Shown here: positions 13,101-31,464 of the stretch, one piece after another | Position numbering within the stretch: position 1 is the first letter of the stretch | How the letters are laid out: each line of letters begins with the position of its first letter | Source of the DNA: Eledone cirrhosa | Taxonomy: Eukaryota | Length of the DNA: 64,000 bases | Reading direction: 5' to 3' | Assembly: GCA_964016885.1 (NCBI GenBank) | Contig: OZ024740.1 | Coordinates: forward strand, 196,168,001 to 196,232,000 | Notes under the pieces: generated by a model | Databases searched by the model: none | What the model was told of the DNA's origin: nothing | The model's input: only the letters and a program-made list of their open reading frames with translations | Made by a program: the position numbers and the translations under genes

Positions 13101-13230
13101 TAATAAATTGAAGTGAAAGCAACTGGTGCGTGTGTTTCTTATTGGCAACATGACCCTCCCGAAGTATAACAATATCGGTTTCAACACACGATTTCAGATA
13201 AAGAATCTTGCTAAACAAATTCAGAAACCA

Positions 13231-15305
<2,075 letters not shown>

Positions 15306-15688
15306 TGATGTTGGCATCGCCTTCAAGATACACCCAAGGCTTGGGCCCCGTGCTATCCGTCCCATTCAAAAATCTAAATCGCAACTCATAACAACAATAC
15401 GGCACAATTATTTCACCTCAATCGGCCCTGCTCTCTTCAACATCACACCAGGACACGTCAAAACAGAAACTGACCACACAAAATTCAAGAAGTCTTTGGA
15501 CAAATTCCTCCAAGTAATCCCGGACAAACCACCCACACCCGGATATGTCTCCGCAAACAGTAATTCTCTTCTCGAATGGGCCATGGTGCCCAAATCCTGA
15601 ATTGAAAGACTTCGCCAGGTGGTGCTATTAAGTTAGACATGGCCTGGGCCAATACTGGCCAAAACATTTCAAAGTTATTCAAAGTTAT
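15306..15688 (+). mobile_element. CR1-clade LINE 3' fragment (family B)
   Basis: GPALFNI.P...[19 protein letters not shown]...NSLLEW ORF end. Homologous to 32131-32500 on the minus strand. Confidence 0.8.
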
Positions 15689-16496
<808 letters not shown>

Positions 16497-16498
<2 letters not shown>

Positions 16499-18200
16499 CA
16501 TCATCATCATCATCATCATGTTTAGCGTCCGTGTTCCATGCTTGCATGGGTTTGGACGGGGGTTTTCCCACTTGAGGCAAGAGTGGTTGTCTTGCTCGCA
16601 TAGGACTGTCTGGCGGGTTTTCTACAGTTGGATGCCCTTCCTAACACCAACCACATTTACAGTGTGGGGCTGGGAGGTTTTTACCGTGTTGCCTACACGG
16701 CCACATTACAGCGTGGACTGTCTGGCGGGTTTTCTACAGCTGGATGCCCTTCCTAACACCAACCACATTTACAGTGTGGGGCTGGGAGGTTTTTACCGTG
16801 TTGCCTACACGGCCACATTTACAGCGTGGACTGTGTGTTTTTTGTTGTGACACCTACACGATCTCATTTGTTTCGGCCTGGATGTTGTGGGACCAACATA
16901 ACTTTACATTGAAAGGGGCGGTGTGGGTGGGGTGGAGGTGGTGGGACGGGGGTGTGTTTTGATAGAGATGCCTACTGACTGTAGTAGGTTTTTACTTTGT
17001 ATTTAGGTAAGGCGGGTCTTCTCTATTACTGAGTACCGCCAAAGGTCTCGGTCCAGTGACATTGTCTTGGAGAGGTGTAAGCGTGTGAGGTCGGAATTTA
17101 TCAGCTCGTCCCATGTTTTTCTGGGTCTGCCTACTCCGTGGCTACCGTCTATCTTTATTGCCCTGCACTTTGTTATACAGCTGTCGTCTTTCATGCGCAT
17201 CACGTGACCGTACCAACGTAGCCTTCTCTCGAGTAAACAACATCTGATCCCTCTTATTTCTAATTTTTTCCTTAGTTCGTTTATGCTTTGCCGTTCACGT
17301 ATATTACTATTGCACATCCAGCGGAGCATGCAAGCTTCGTTCCTCTCTAGTCTGCGTATATCCTCTGCACACAATGCCCAGGTCTCACTGCCATGCAGCA
17401 TTGCTGTTCGTATGCAGGCATCGTATAACCTGCCTTTCATTTTTAGGGAGAACCCTCTAGCGGCTAATAGTGGTATAAGCTCTCTGAACTTTTTCCATCC
17501 AGTTCTGACTCTAGCTACTGTACTTTCAGAGCACCCTCCCCCACTGCTGATTTTGTCACCCAGATAACGGAAGCTGTCCACTATTTCTATAGAACCCTCT
17601 GCGCAGTTGAAGGAGCTAGTATTTTGTGGGCACTTGCTGCTACTTATTGCACCAGAGCACCGGCCACATGTAAAATCTATGTTCTTAGTTAGCTTACCTG
17701 TGATCCCACTACATCTTTTATGCACCCATACTTTGCATTTGGGACATAAAATGGAGTTTCTACCTACGCCTTTCCTGCACACTGAGCATGGCCATTTCCC
17801 AGATGGGACCGCCGCCTTATTTTCTTTCTTACAAACTAGAACTTTAGTCTTAGCCAGGTTAATTTTAAGGCCTTTTGATTCTAGGCCGTGCTTCCATGTT
17901 TGGAATTTCTTCTCTAGTTCGGTCATTGATTCAGCTATGAGCGTTAGATCATCTGCGTATAGGAGTTCCCATGGGCAGCCGGTCTTGAACTCCTCTGTTA
18001 TAGCCTGAAGGGCAATAATAAATAGTAGGGGGCTAAGAACAGAGCCCTGATGGACACCAACTTTTACGCTAAACTCTTCACTATATTCGTTGTTAATTCT
18101 AACCTTACTGACTGTTTCTTTATACATGGCTTGTATAGCTCTCACAAGCCATTCGTCAACACCTAGTTTTCTAAGAGACCACCAGATAATGGAACGGGGG
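16497..18200 (-). mobile_element. RTE LINE, 5'-truncated, uninterrupted C-terminal ORF (~400 aa)
   Basis: [11 protein letters not shown]...[13 protein letters not shown]...YADD...LRWYGH...stop at 17003. ~113-bp tandem duplication in the 3' UTR (16603-16830); (ATC)n tail at 16497. Confidence 0.95.
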
Positions 18201-18201
18201 A

Positions 18202-18241
<40 letters not shown>

Positions 18242-18341
18242 TATATGTATATACATATATATATATATATATATACATATATATATGTATATATATATAT
18301 ATACATATATATATGTATATATATATATATATATACATATA

Positions 18342-18379
<38 letters not shown>

Positions 18380-18521
18380 TATATGTATATATATATATAT
18401 ATATATACATATATATATGTATATATATATATATATATATATACATATATATATGTATATATATATATATATATATATACATATATATATGTATATATAT
18501 ATATATATATATATACATATA

Positions 18522-18591
<70 letters not shown>

Positions 18592-18607
18592 CATACATAT
18601 ACATATA

Positions 18608-18658
<51 letters not shown>

Positions 18659-18665
18659 ATGTATA

Positions 18666-18698
<33 letters not shown>

Positions 18699-18709
18699 GT
18701 GTATGGATT

Positions 18710-19272
18710 GTTTAGAAACACACCGAGCATTACAATAAATGTTCGGTGAATCCATACATACATACATATATATGTGTGCATGTATGTATATATATATACA
18801 TACTACTGTACGTCTGTATACATATATGTATGTGCGTGTACATACGTATATTTAAGTAACAGCCGTACTAACAGTGGGAAATGAAATTTTGTTTCATTTT
18901 TTCCATTTATCGTTTTCGGTGCACCCGGCCGATTAACCCACTCGATATGCAAATTGGGCTACTCAGCCATTAATATGCATTAGGTAAGTATATACGTTCA
19001 ACAATCTGGGAGGAAGGTATACGTTGCTGACGATAGCTAATAAGCTTGAAACTAGTACAGCGTTCCTTTGTCAGTGTTGAACAAACAAGCAACGATGGTT
19101 GCTGGACACTACGGCTTAATACGGGATGTTTGTTTACAAAAACACCGAGCATTATAATAAATGTTCGGTGAATCCATACGTACATATATATATGTGTGCA
19201 TGTATGTATATATATATATATACATACATACTACTGTACGTCTGTATACATATATGTATGTACGTGTACATA

Positions 19273-19276
<4 letters not shown>
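18710..19276 (+). repeat. ~420-bp hammerhead-containing repeat, ~1.3 units
   Basis: Same unit as 21590-22600; embedded in (TA)n. Confidence 0.85.
19021..19063 (+). ncRNA. Type I hammerhead ribozyme (repeat copy 1)
   Basis: acgttg-CTGACGA-t-agct(aata)agct-t-GAAA-CTA-GTA-cagcgt. Palindromic stem III ACTAGT, GUA cleavage triplet. Confidence 0.85.
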
Positions 19277-19345
<69 letters not shown>

Positions 19346-19462
19346 GTATATATATATATGTATATATATATATATGTATATATGTATATATATCATCATC
19401 ATCATCATCATCGTTTAACGTCCATGTATATGTATATATGTATATATATATATAAATATATG

Positions 19463-19498
<36 letters not shown>

Positions 19499-19500
19499 TG

Positions 19501-19531
<31 letters not shown>

Positions 19532-19555
19532 ATGTATATGTATATATATATGTAT

Positions 19556-19627
<72 letters not shown>

Positions 19628-19634
19628 GTATATG

Positions 19635-19667
<33 letters not shown>

Positions 19668-19732
19668 GTATATATGTATATATATCATCATCATCATCAT
19701 CATCGTTTAACGTCCATGTATATGTATATATG

Positions 19733-19787
<55 letters not shown>

Positions 19788-19821
19788 GTATATGTATATA
19801 TATATGTATATGTATATGTAT

Positions 19822-19895
<74 letters not shown>

Positions 19896-19902
19896 GTATA
19901 TG

Positions 19903-19975
<73 letters not shown>

Positions 19976-19986
19976 GTATATATATG

Positions 19987-20035
<49 letters not shown>

Positions 20036-20050
20036 GTATATCTATATTTA
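19277..20050. repeat. (TA)n array containing two copies of a minimal RTE tail remnant
   Basis: (tca)n-tcgtttaacgtccatgtatatg at ~19392 and ~19685. Confidence 0.85.
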
Positions 20051-20092
20051 TATAGAGATTACAATAATCAAAGTTCAGTTTAAATCATTTAT

Positions 20093-20141
20093 TTGCTTAC
20101 AATTGTTTCCTCGAAACCGAGGTTTGGATTTTTCGGAGCAA
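20093..20141 (-). ncRNA. Degenerate hammerhead-like motif
   Basis: ttgct-CCGAAAA-atccaaac-ctcg(gttt)cgag-GAAA-CAATTG-TA-agcaa. Stems I, II and palindromic III are present; the core is altered and has an insertion. Confidence 0.4.
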
Positions 20142-20635
20142 CTATTTAGTGATCTATAACATACTTGACCTCCTTTTCAACACAAGAGACATATAAAAAC
20201 ATATGCATATATTGACCCACAGTGGGATGACATCCATCATAATGATATAGCATGGCAATTTACATATAAAGGTTAAAGGATAAAAATAAAAATAAAAATA
20301 AAAATAAAAATAAAAATAAAAATGAAACATTGGCAGTTTATGAAGATAAAGCAAGAGGAAAGTTTAGAGTAGTCAGTGTATGAAACAATCTCACGTGTAG
20401 CATGCACGCGTGTCTTATTTATACAGGATTAGAGTGCGGCAGATTGTTACTTGTAGGATCAGGCAGTTAAAGCAGGCAATCAATAGTATTATGTGGGCTG
20501 TATTGTTAAATCATTTTTTCGCATACACCTGTATGATATACAATCCCGAATGTAGAGAAACACCAAAATATCAAAAATATCAAACATATTATAACATAGG
20601 CAAAACAGTACCACTTCTATGTATATATATATATA

Positions 20636-21585
20636 TATAAAGGTTTACATATACATAAAGTTATAGATATATATGCTGCAACCGGTCACTTTTAGGCTCT
20701 ATGAAGAATTAATAAATTAAATAATCAGAGCAATATATCATAAATCATGTCCTTAGAATTATTAGATAAAATATGTACCATTTCATCTTCCAATTAGCAT
20801 AATTAACCATATAAAAAATCAATTCGACCAAGCTATAAGAAGAAAGGCTCTTATGAAGAAATCTCCGACAAATAACCGAGAGTGGCCTCTTCGCGGTGGC
20901 CCCAATAGAGTATTTATCCAACGTTTCGACAGCATGTAGAAACTGACTAAATATACCATCAACCATACACAATTAGGTGTAAAATTAAACTTAGAAGAAA
21001 TGTGTACATACCGTAATTATATCTCTACCATGGTTTCATCTGTATTTTTAGACATCCAATTAATAGGAATGTCTTGAGTTAGGATTCATCAGGAGACAAA
21101 CTCAAAATCAGACATTTAGTTTTCCAACTTGATCGCGCCAAAATTAGATTAAAAAATGGCTAAGAATCCCTATGTGGCTGTGGTCAAGCTAGAAATAATG
21201 TGATTGGTTGCTTACGGCGGGTAGGCTTGTTGCTAGAAAGCGCAGCCAAATATCGCCAAATTGAATCTCAACCTAACGGGAGATTATTAAATATAAAGGT
21301 TTACATATACATAAAGTTATAGATATATATGCTGCAACCGGTCACTTTTAGGCTCTATGAAGAATTAATAAATTAAATAATCAGAGCAATATATCATAAA
21401 TCATGTCCTTAGAATTATTAGATAAAATATGTACCATTTCCTCTTCCAATTAGCATAATTAACCATATAAAAAATCAATTAGACCAAGCTATAAGAAGAA
21501 AGGCTCTTATGAAGAAATCTCCGACAAATAACCGAGAGTGGCCTCTTCGCGGTGGCCCCAATAGAGTATTTATCCAACATTTCGA
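20636..21585. repeat. ~295-bp direct repeat (20636-20929 and 21291-21585)
   Basis: Near-identical aaggtttacatatacataaag...tatttatccaac.tttcga. Each copy ends at a minus-strand GAAAC(G/A)TTGG half-hammerhead, so probably a Penelope pLTR fragment. Confidence 0.8.
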
Positions 21586-21869
21586 TATATATATGTGTGC
21601 CTATATGTATATATGTGTATATATATATATATACATGCTACTGTACGTCTGTATACATATATGTATGTACGTATGCATACATACTTACATTTAAGTAAGT
21701 GCCGTACTAAGAGTGAGAAATGAATTTTCATTTCATTCTATTCCATTTATCGTTTTCGGTGCGCCTGGCCGACTAAAATCACTCGATATGCAAATTAGGC
21801 TGCTCAGCCGTTAATTTTCATAAGGAAAGTATATACTTTCGTACGTTCAACCATCTAGCAGAAAGGTAT

Positions 21870-21912
21870 ACGGTGCTGACGATAGCTAACAAGCTTGAAA
21901 CTAGTACAGCGT
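21870..21912 (+). ncRNA. Type I hammerhead ribozyme (repeat copy 2)
   Basis: acggtg-CTGACGA-t-agct(aaca)agct-t-GAAA-CTA-GTA-cagcgt; one mismatch in stem I. Confidence 0.8.
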
Positions 21913-22291
21913 TCCTTTGTCAGTGTTGAACAAACGAGCAACGGTGGTTGCTAGACACTACGGCTTAATACGGGATGTTTGTTTACAAACACACCAAGCA
22001 TTATAATAAATGTTCGGTGAATCCATACGTGCATGTATATATGTGTGCATGTATGTATATATATATATACATACTACTGTACGTCGGTATACATATATGT
22101 ATGTACGTGTACATACTTATATTTAAGTAACAGCCGTACTAAGAGTGGGAAATGAAATATCGTTTCATTTTTTCCGTTTATCGTTTTCGGTGCACCCGGC
22201 CGATTAACCCACTCGATATGCATATTGGGCTACTCAGCCGTTAATATGCATAAGGTAAGTATATACGTTCAACAATCTGGCAGGAAGGTAT

Positions 22292-22334
22292 ACGTTGCTG
22301 ACGATAGCTAACAAGCTTGAAACTAGTACAGCGT
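22292..22334 (+). ncRNA. Type I hammerhead ribozyme (repeat copy 3)
   Basis: acgttg-CTGACGA-t-agct(aaca)agct-t-GAAA-CTA-GTA-cagcgt. Stem I extends through aagg/cctt, ctggca/tgtcag and gttcaaca/tgttgaac. Confidence 0.85.
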
Positions 22335-22600
22335 TCCTTTGTCAGTGTTGAACAAACGAGCAACGGTGATTGCTAGACACTACGGCTTAATACGGGATGT
22401 TTGTTTACAAACACACCGAGCATTATAATAAATGTTCGGTGAATCCATACGTGCATGTATATATGTGTGCATGTATGTATATATATATATACATACTACT
22501 GTACGTCGGTATACATATATGTATGTACGTGTACATACTTATATTTAAGTAACAGCCGTACTAAGAGTGGGAAATGAAATATCGTTTCATTTTTTCCGTT

Positions 22601-22756
<156 letters not shown>

Positions 22757-22768
22757 TATATATATATA

Positions 22769-22808
<40 letters not shown>

Positions 22809-22811
22809 TAT

Positions 22812-22851
<40 letters not shown>

Positions 22852-22954
22852 GAATATATATATATATATATATATATGAATATATATATATATATATATA
22901 TATGAATATATATATATATATATATATATGAATATATATATATATATATATATA

Positions 22955-23050
<96 letters not shown>

Positions 23051-23089
23051 TATATATATATATATATATATATAGTTTTAATATAGATG

Positions 23090-23140
23090 AGATTCTACAG
23101 GACTAGAACTGTTTCATTCATTAGAAATCATCAGGAATCT
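23090..23140 (-). ncRNA. Type I hammerhead ribozyme, antisense and upstream of the Penelope ORF
   Basis: agattc-CTGATGA-t-ttc(taat)gaa-t-GAAA-cag(ttctagtc)ctG-TA-gaatct. 6-bp stem I, 4-bp stem III, GUA triplet. Confidence 0.75.
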
Positions 23141-23900
23141 GGGTATCAAAAAATAAATATGGTATTTATAGGTCTCTACAAGTGGTAGGAGAGGGTGGGG
23201 AGTGGGATGGGTGCAGGTCATTGGTTGATAGAGAAGGGAATTCATTAAAGGCTAATTCTACATAGCTATAGTTAATTTATATTTATTTATGTTTTTAGAG
23301 TAACAAAGGCAGACAGAAATCTATAAACAAGTTCCGGATGGCATACCATTCCTTGTCAATAAGTTTCTCTTAAGCTAGCAGATGTCTATAAAATCAGTGG
23401 GGGGTCATTCATGCTCGATAGAATTAAAGAAAAGGGAGATTCTTTAAAAGCTAAAGTCATTAAGTTCTGCTAAGTGACAAAGGTCTAGGGAATTCTGCAG
23501 ACAGATTCAAAATACTGAGTGCATATCTTACTATTATCTTCGAACTTCTCTTAAACTAATCAACAATATGCCAAATCAACAGACACATTCACAAAAAAAC
23601 AAAGAAACCCCAAAAAGACCAAAAAAACAGAAAAACAAAAAAAGCCACACCTAAAAAAAACCACCAAAAAAACACACATACTCACTCACACACTTACGCG
23701 CAACCATAAACACACACATAAACACAGATACACACATAAAAACACACACACATATATAAAAAAAGTATATAAATATATACAAATATATATTCATGTACAC
23801 GCACATGAGTACCTTACTTACTGTGGTTACCTCCGATTCAACCCGGAATAACGTACATTTTAGCACTCTCTGTGCCCCTTATAACCATCATCAAGAAACC

Positions 23901-25337
23901 ATGCTGACCAAACTCGACCTTGATATTTCCTTGAAGAACATCCCTATCCCTCCAAGGAAACTATACTTAAAAACACTCATCAGACGTACCGACGAGTTCA
24001 TCAAGCGAATTAGATGGAGGGCCTTCTTCCTCGACAACCCTGATGTAGCATCTACCAATGATGAGAAGTTCGGCTTCAAAACGAATAAGACACCACCCAC
24101 CAACAGCCTACTCCAACCATTTGAGGGAAGACCTCTTCAAGATGATCAAGGATATTAAATTCCGTAGAGCCACCACACCATTCCAGGCCTACTTAAATGC
24201 CAAATTACGGAATATAAAAAAATCCCCTAATCTTTATGTCTCCTCCGATAAAACCAAAAACGTTTATGAGGTAGACCCACAGACCTACAATAAGCTGGCA
24301 AAAAATACCATCACGACCACCTACAAAAAGGTAATAGAGAGGGCGCTGACTGAGACAAACGCGGCCGGAAAAGAAATCGCCAAGTCCCTTAAATTACATG
24401 ACCGAACCGAACCTTTAAGGGTAAAGACCCCGCACTTTACCCTGAAGGACCATAAGGGAAACTTCCTCAACAAACCATCAGTCAGACTTATCAACCCCAC
24501 TCGCTCCGACATCGGCTCTATCAGTAAGAAGATCCTGGATAGAGTTCTACCATTATTGCGGGCGGCCTCACCACTTCCACTCTGGAGTAGAACATCTGAG
24601 GCAATATCATGGTTCCAAGAATTACCCGATAAACACCACACTCGCTTCCTGCAACTCGACATAGAAAACTACTATGCCTCTATCTCGGAGCCCCTCCTGA
24701 AGGACGCAATTAACTTTGCCAGGAATTTTACCACCATTACCGATGCCGAGCAAGTTATTATCCTCCACGCTCGTAAGACCTTTCTATACCACGATGGATC
24801 TTACTGGATCAACAAGAAATCTCAGACCCCATTTGACGTTAGCATGGGGGCGAGTGACTCGGCTGAAATTAGCGACCTGTGGGCCTGTACATCCTACATA
24901 ACCTGAAGAACCTCTTTACCGGCCTTACTGGAGGTTTATACCGAGACGACGGCCTCTTCGCCCTGCATAAGGTTAGCCCCAGAACCACCGATGGGTTTCG
25001 GAAAAACTTAAGCTCTTTCTTCTCTAATCTAGGATTTAGTATTACTATAGATTCTAATCTGACTAGGGCCAACTTCTTAGATGTCACTCTCGACCTAGAT
25101 ACTTCCCTCTATTACCCGTACCACAAACCTAACGAGTCCCTTAAATATATTAATGTTAATTCAAACCACCCCCAAAACATTACTGATAACCTAGTAAAAA
25201 GCGTCTCTATTAGAATATCTGGCCTCTCCGCCAACAAAGATATTTTTAATGCATCTGCCTCCTACTACAACGACGCCCTAGCCCGTAGCGTAGCGGATTT
25301 AAAGATAAGATAACTTACCTAGAAACCACCGCAAAAT
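23901..25337 (+). mobile_element. Penelope-like retroelement RT (frameshifted; runs into the assembly gap)
   Basis: SLKNIPIPP...FIKRIRWRAFF...FGFKT N-terminus, SDKT, TLKDHK, RLINP, DIENYY, MGASDSAEISDL.GLYIL, GLYRDDGL, NFLDVTLDL, PYHKPN, SNHP. Frameshifts near 24125, 24880 and 25285. The motif style suggests the Naiad group (inference). Confidence 0.9.
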
Positions 25338-25537
25338 NNNNNNNNNNNNNNNNNNNNNNNNNNNNNNNNNNNNNNNNNNNNNNNNNNNNNNNNNNNNNNN
25401 NNNNNNNNNNNNNNNNNNNNNNNNNNNNNNNNNNNNNNNNNNNNNNNNNNNNNNNNNNNNNNNNNNNNNNNNNNNNNNNNNNNNNNNNNNNNNNNNNNNN
25501 NNNNNNNNNNNNNNNNNNNNNNNNNNNNNNNNNNNNN
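25338..25537. other. Assembly gap (200 N)
   Basis: Run of n characters. Confidence 1.
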
Positions 25538-27880
<2,343 letters not shown>

Positions 27881-27965
27881 TATATATATATGTATATATA
27901 TATACATATATATATATGTATATAAATAAATATTGACATACCCTGAAAAAATGCAACCTTCACGA

Positions 27966-28016
<51 letters not shown>

Positions 28017-28039
28017 CATATATATATATACATACATAC

Positions 28040-28295
28040 AAGCTGCCGAGGAATCTGAGAGATCTGCATGGTGTGGAGGTGGATGTCTTCAAGAAACATC
28101 TCGACACCTTGTTATCCAGGATCCCGGATGAGCCCACAGCAAGACACGAGGGAAACCTAAGGGCAGCAGCAACAAACTCCCTCTTACACCAGTAGACAAC
28201 CAATACAGGCTGGTGATAAAATGTGTAGCAACAAGGGCGGTGCCCCAGCATGGCCTCAGCCAGATGGCTGGAACATGTACAAGAGTAAAAGAGTA
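28040..28295 (+). mobile_element. CR1-clade LINE 3' fragment (related to family B)
   Basis: [32 protein letters not shown]...AATNSLLHQ*. Confidence 0.65.
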
Positions 28296-28399
28296 TAAAT
28301 ATATATATATACATACATATATATATACATACATACATATATATATATATACATACATATATATATATATACATACATATATATATATACACATACATA

Positions 28400-28453
<54 letters not shown>

Positions 28454-28466
28454 CATACATACATAC

Positions 28467-28497
<31 letters not shown>

Positions 28498-28546
28498 CAT
28501 ACATACATACATATATATATATACATATATATATATACATATATAT

Positions 28547-28892
28547 ATCATCATCATCATCATCATTTCATTTTACGTCCGCTTTTCCCTGCTTGCAAGG
28601 GTGGGACGGGAACTGATTTTGGCTTGATTTCTACAGCTGGATGCCCTTCCTAACACCAACCTCATTTACAGTGAGTGCTGGGTGCTTTTTTGCCGTGGCA
28701 CCTCCATGACCACTTTGCAGTGGAATGATAGGGACCCCAGTCCCTATCATCTCATTTCTACAGCTGAGTAAACTGGAGCAATGTGAAATAAAGTGTCTTG
28801 CTCAAGGAAACAACACATCACCCGGTCTGAGAATTGAACTCACAACCTTTCGATTGCAAGGCCAATGCTCTAACCACTAAGCCATGTACCTC
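28547..28892 (-). mobile_element. tRNA-derived SINE with RTE tail
   Basis: Reverse complement of the 9096 and 61255 elements. Confidence 0.85.
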
Positions 28893-29343
28893 CATACATA
28901 TATACATACATATATGTATATATGTATATATATGTATATATGTATATATATGTATATATATATATGTATATATGTATATATATATATGTATGTATATATA
29001 TATATGTATGTATATATGTATGTATATACATACATATATATATATACATACATATATATATACATATATACATATATATATACATATATACATATATATA
29101 TACATACATATATATATATATATACATATATATATACATACATATATATATATATATACATATATATATACATATATACATATATATATATATACATACA
29201 TATATACATACATATATATATATATATACATATATATATACATATATACATATATATATATATACATACATATATATATACATATATACATATATATATA
29301 TATATACATACATATATATATATATACATACATATATATATAT

Positions 29344-29388
<45 letters not shown>

Positions 29389-29447
29389 CATATATATATA
29401 TATATATATACATACATATATATATATATACATACATATATATATAC

Positions 29448-29478
<31 letters not shown>

Positions 29479-29593
29479 CATATATATATATATACATATA
29501 TATATATACATATATACATACATATATATATATATATACATACATATATATATATACATATATACATATATATATATACATACATATATATAT

Positions 29594-29646
<53 letters not shown>

Positions 29647-29846
29647 CATATATATACATATATATACATATATATACATATATACACATATATATACATA
29701 TATACATATATATATACATATATATATATACATATATATATATACATATACATATATATATATACACATATATATATACATACATATATATATATATACA
29801 CATATATATATACATACATATATATATATATACATACATATATATA

Positions 29847-29880
<34 letters not shown>

Positions 29881-29884
29881 ATAC

Positions 29885-29917
<33 letters not shown>

Positions 29918-30046
29918 ATATACATACATATATATACATATATATATATATATACATATATATACATATATATATATATAATTATATATATCTATATATA
30001 CATATATATATATACATACATATATATATATATATACATATACATG

Positions 30047-30083
<37 letters not shown>

Positions 30084-30127
30084 ATACATATATATACATA
30101 CATATATATACATACATCTATATATAT
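28893..30127. repeat. (TA)n/(TACA)n array
   Basis: Seen directly in the sequence. Confidence 0.95.
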
Positions 30128-30603
30128 ACTGTACTGAGATCTTTGGCGCTACGTAGTAATACAGAAGACCCGCCTTGCCTATGTACAAAGCGAAACCTAG
30201 TCAGTAGGCACCTCTTAACCAAATATACACCCCAATCACTACCCCTACCCTATCCTCCCACTAACACCAACACCACCCTCTCTCTATAAAGTTGCTACCA
30301 CAACATCCAGTCCAAATAAATGAGATAATGAGATCGAGATCGTGTAGGTGTCACGAGAAAAAAAGCGCACAGTCCACGCTGTAATGTGGTCGTGTAGGTA
30401 ACACTGTAAAAAGTTCCCAGTTCCACACTGTAAATGTGGTTGGTGTTAGGAAGAGCATCCAGCTGTAGAAAACCTGCCAGATAGTCCTATATGAGCGAGA
30501 CATGGTCACCCAACCAACCTTGCCTCAAGTGGGACAACTCCCGTCTAACCCATGCTAGCGTGGAAAATGGACGTTAAACGAAGATGATGATGATGATGAT
30601 GAT
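30128..30603 (+). mobile_element. RTE 3' end (divergent subfamily)
   Basis: gagatctttggcg...gaagacccgcc ORF end, UTR and (GAT)n tail. Confidence 0.8.
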
Positions 30604-30737
30604 ATGTATATATACATATATATACAAACATATTTATATATATATATATACATATATATACACATAATATATACATATCATCATCATCATCATCATTTTA
30701 CGTCCGCTTTTCCCTGCTTGCAAGGGTGGGACGGGTC

Positions 30738-31290
30738 TTATTCTAGATACTATGGCCTCGGAACACCCTCCTCCCATGCTAATCTGATATCCTAGGTACC
30801 GGAAGCTATCCACCACTTCTATAGCGCCCTCCTGCATTTGAAAAATGTGTCTATCAATGCGACTTCTACTGTCTAATTTCCCTGTACATCTACTGCATAC
30901 ATATTTCTCCCTACTTGTTAGTTTGCCTGCTATCCCGCTACATCTCTTGTGTACCCAGGACCTGCATTATGTGCATTTTATAGGATTTATGCCAGTTCCT
31001 TTTCTGCATATCGAACATGGCCATTTCCCTGACTGAATCAGGGTTTTGTCCTCTTTTCTACTCATCAACACTTTTGTCTTAGCTAGGTTCACTCTCAGTC
31101 CTCTTGCTTCCAACTGCTGTTTCCATAGCCAGAACTTATTCTCTAGCTCCTCTACTGATTCTGCTATAAGAACCAGATCGTCAGCATAGAGAACTTCCCA
31201 TGGACAGCCAGTCTTAAACTCCTCTGTTATGGCTTGAAGGGTTGTAATGAACAAGAGCGGGCTGAGGACCGAACCTTGATGTACTCCTAC
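30738..31290 (-). mobile_element. RTE RT fragment (divergent subfamily)
   Basis: [13 protein letters not shown]...YADD...NLAKTKVL...WPCSIC...FRYLG. Confidence 0.85.
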
Positions 31291-31342
31291 TATGTATATA
31301 CTCCTATATACATATATACACACATAATATAAACATATATAT

Positions 31343-31402
<60 letters not shown>

Positions 31403-31464
31403 ATATATATATATATAATATATGTATATATATATGTGTGTATATACATAATATATACATATAC

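Larger units (their letters stand above)
21590..22600 (+). repeat. Tandem array of a 422-bp hammerhead-containing unit (~2.4 units), retrozyme-like
   Basis: cggcttaatacgggatg at 21961 and 22383, and hammerheads at 21870 and 22292, both give a 422-bp period. Confidence 0.9.

Noticed and set aside
21590-22600. CRISPR-like or prokaryotic repeat array
   Set aside because: The units are 422-bp near-identical tandem copies with no unique spacers and no cas genes, in a eukaryotic context.
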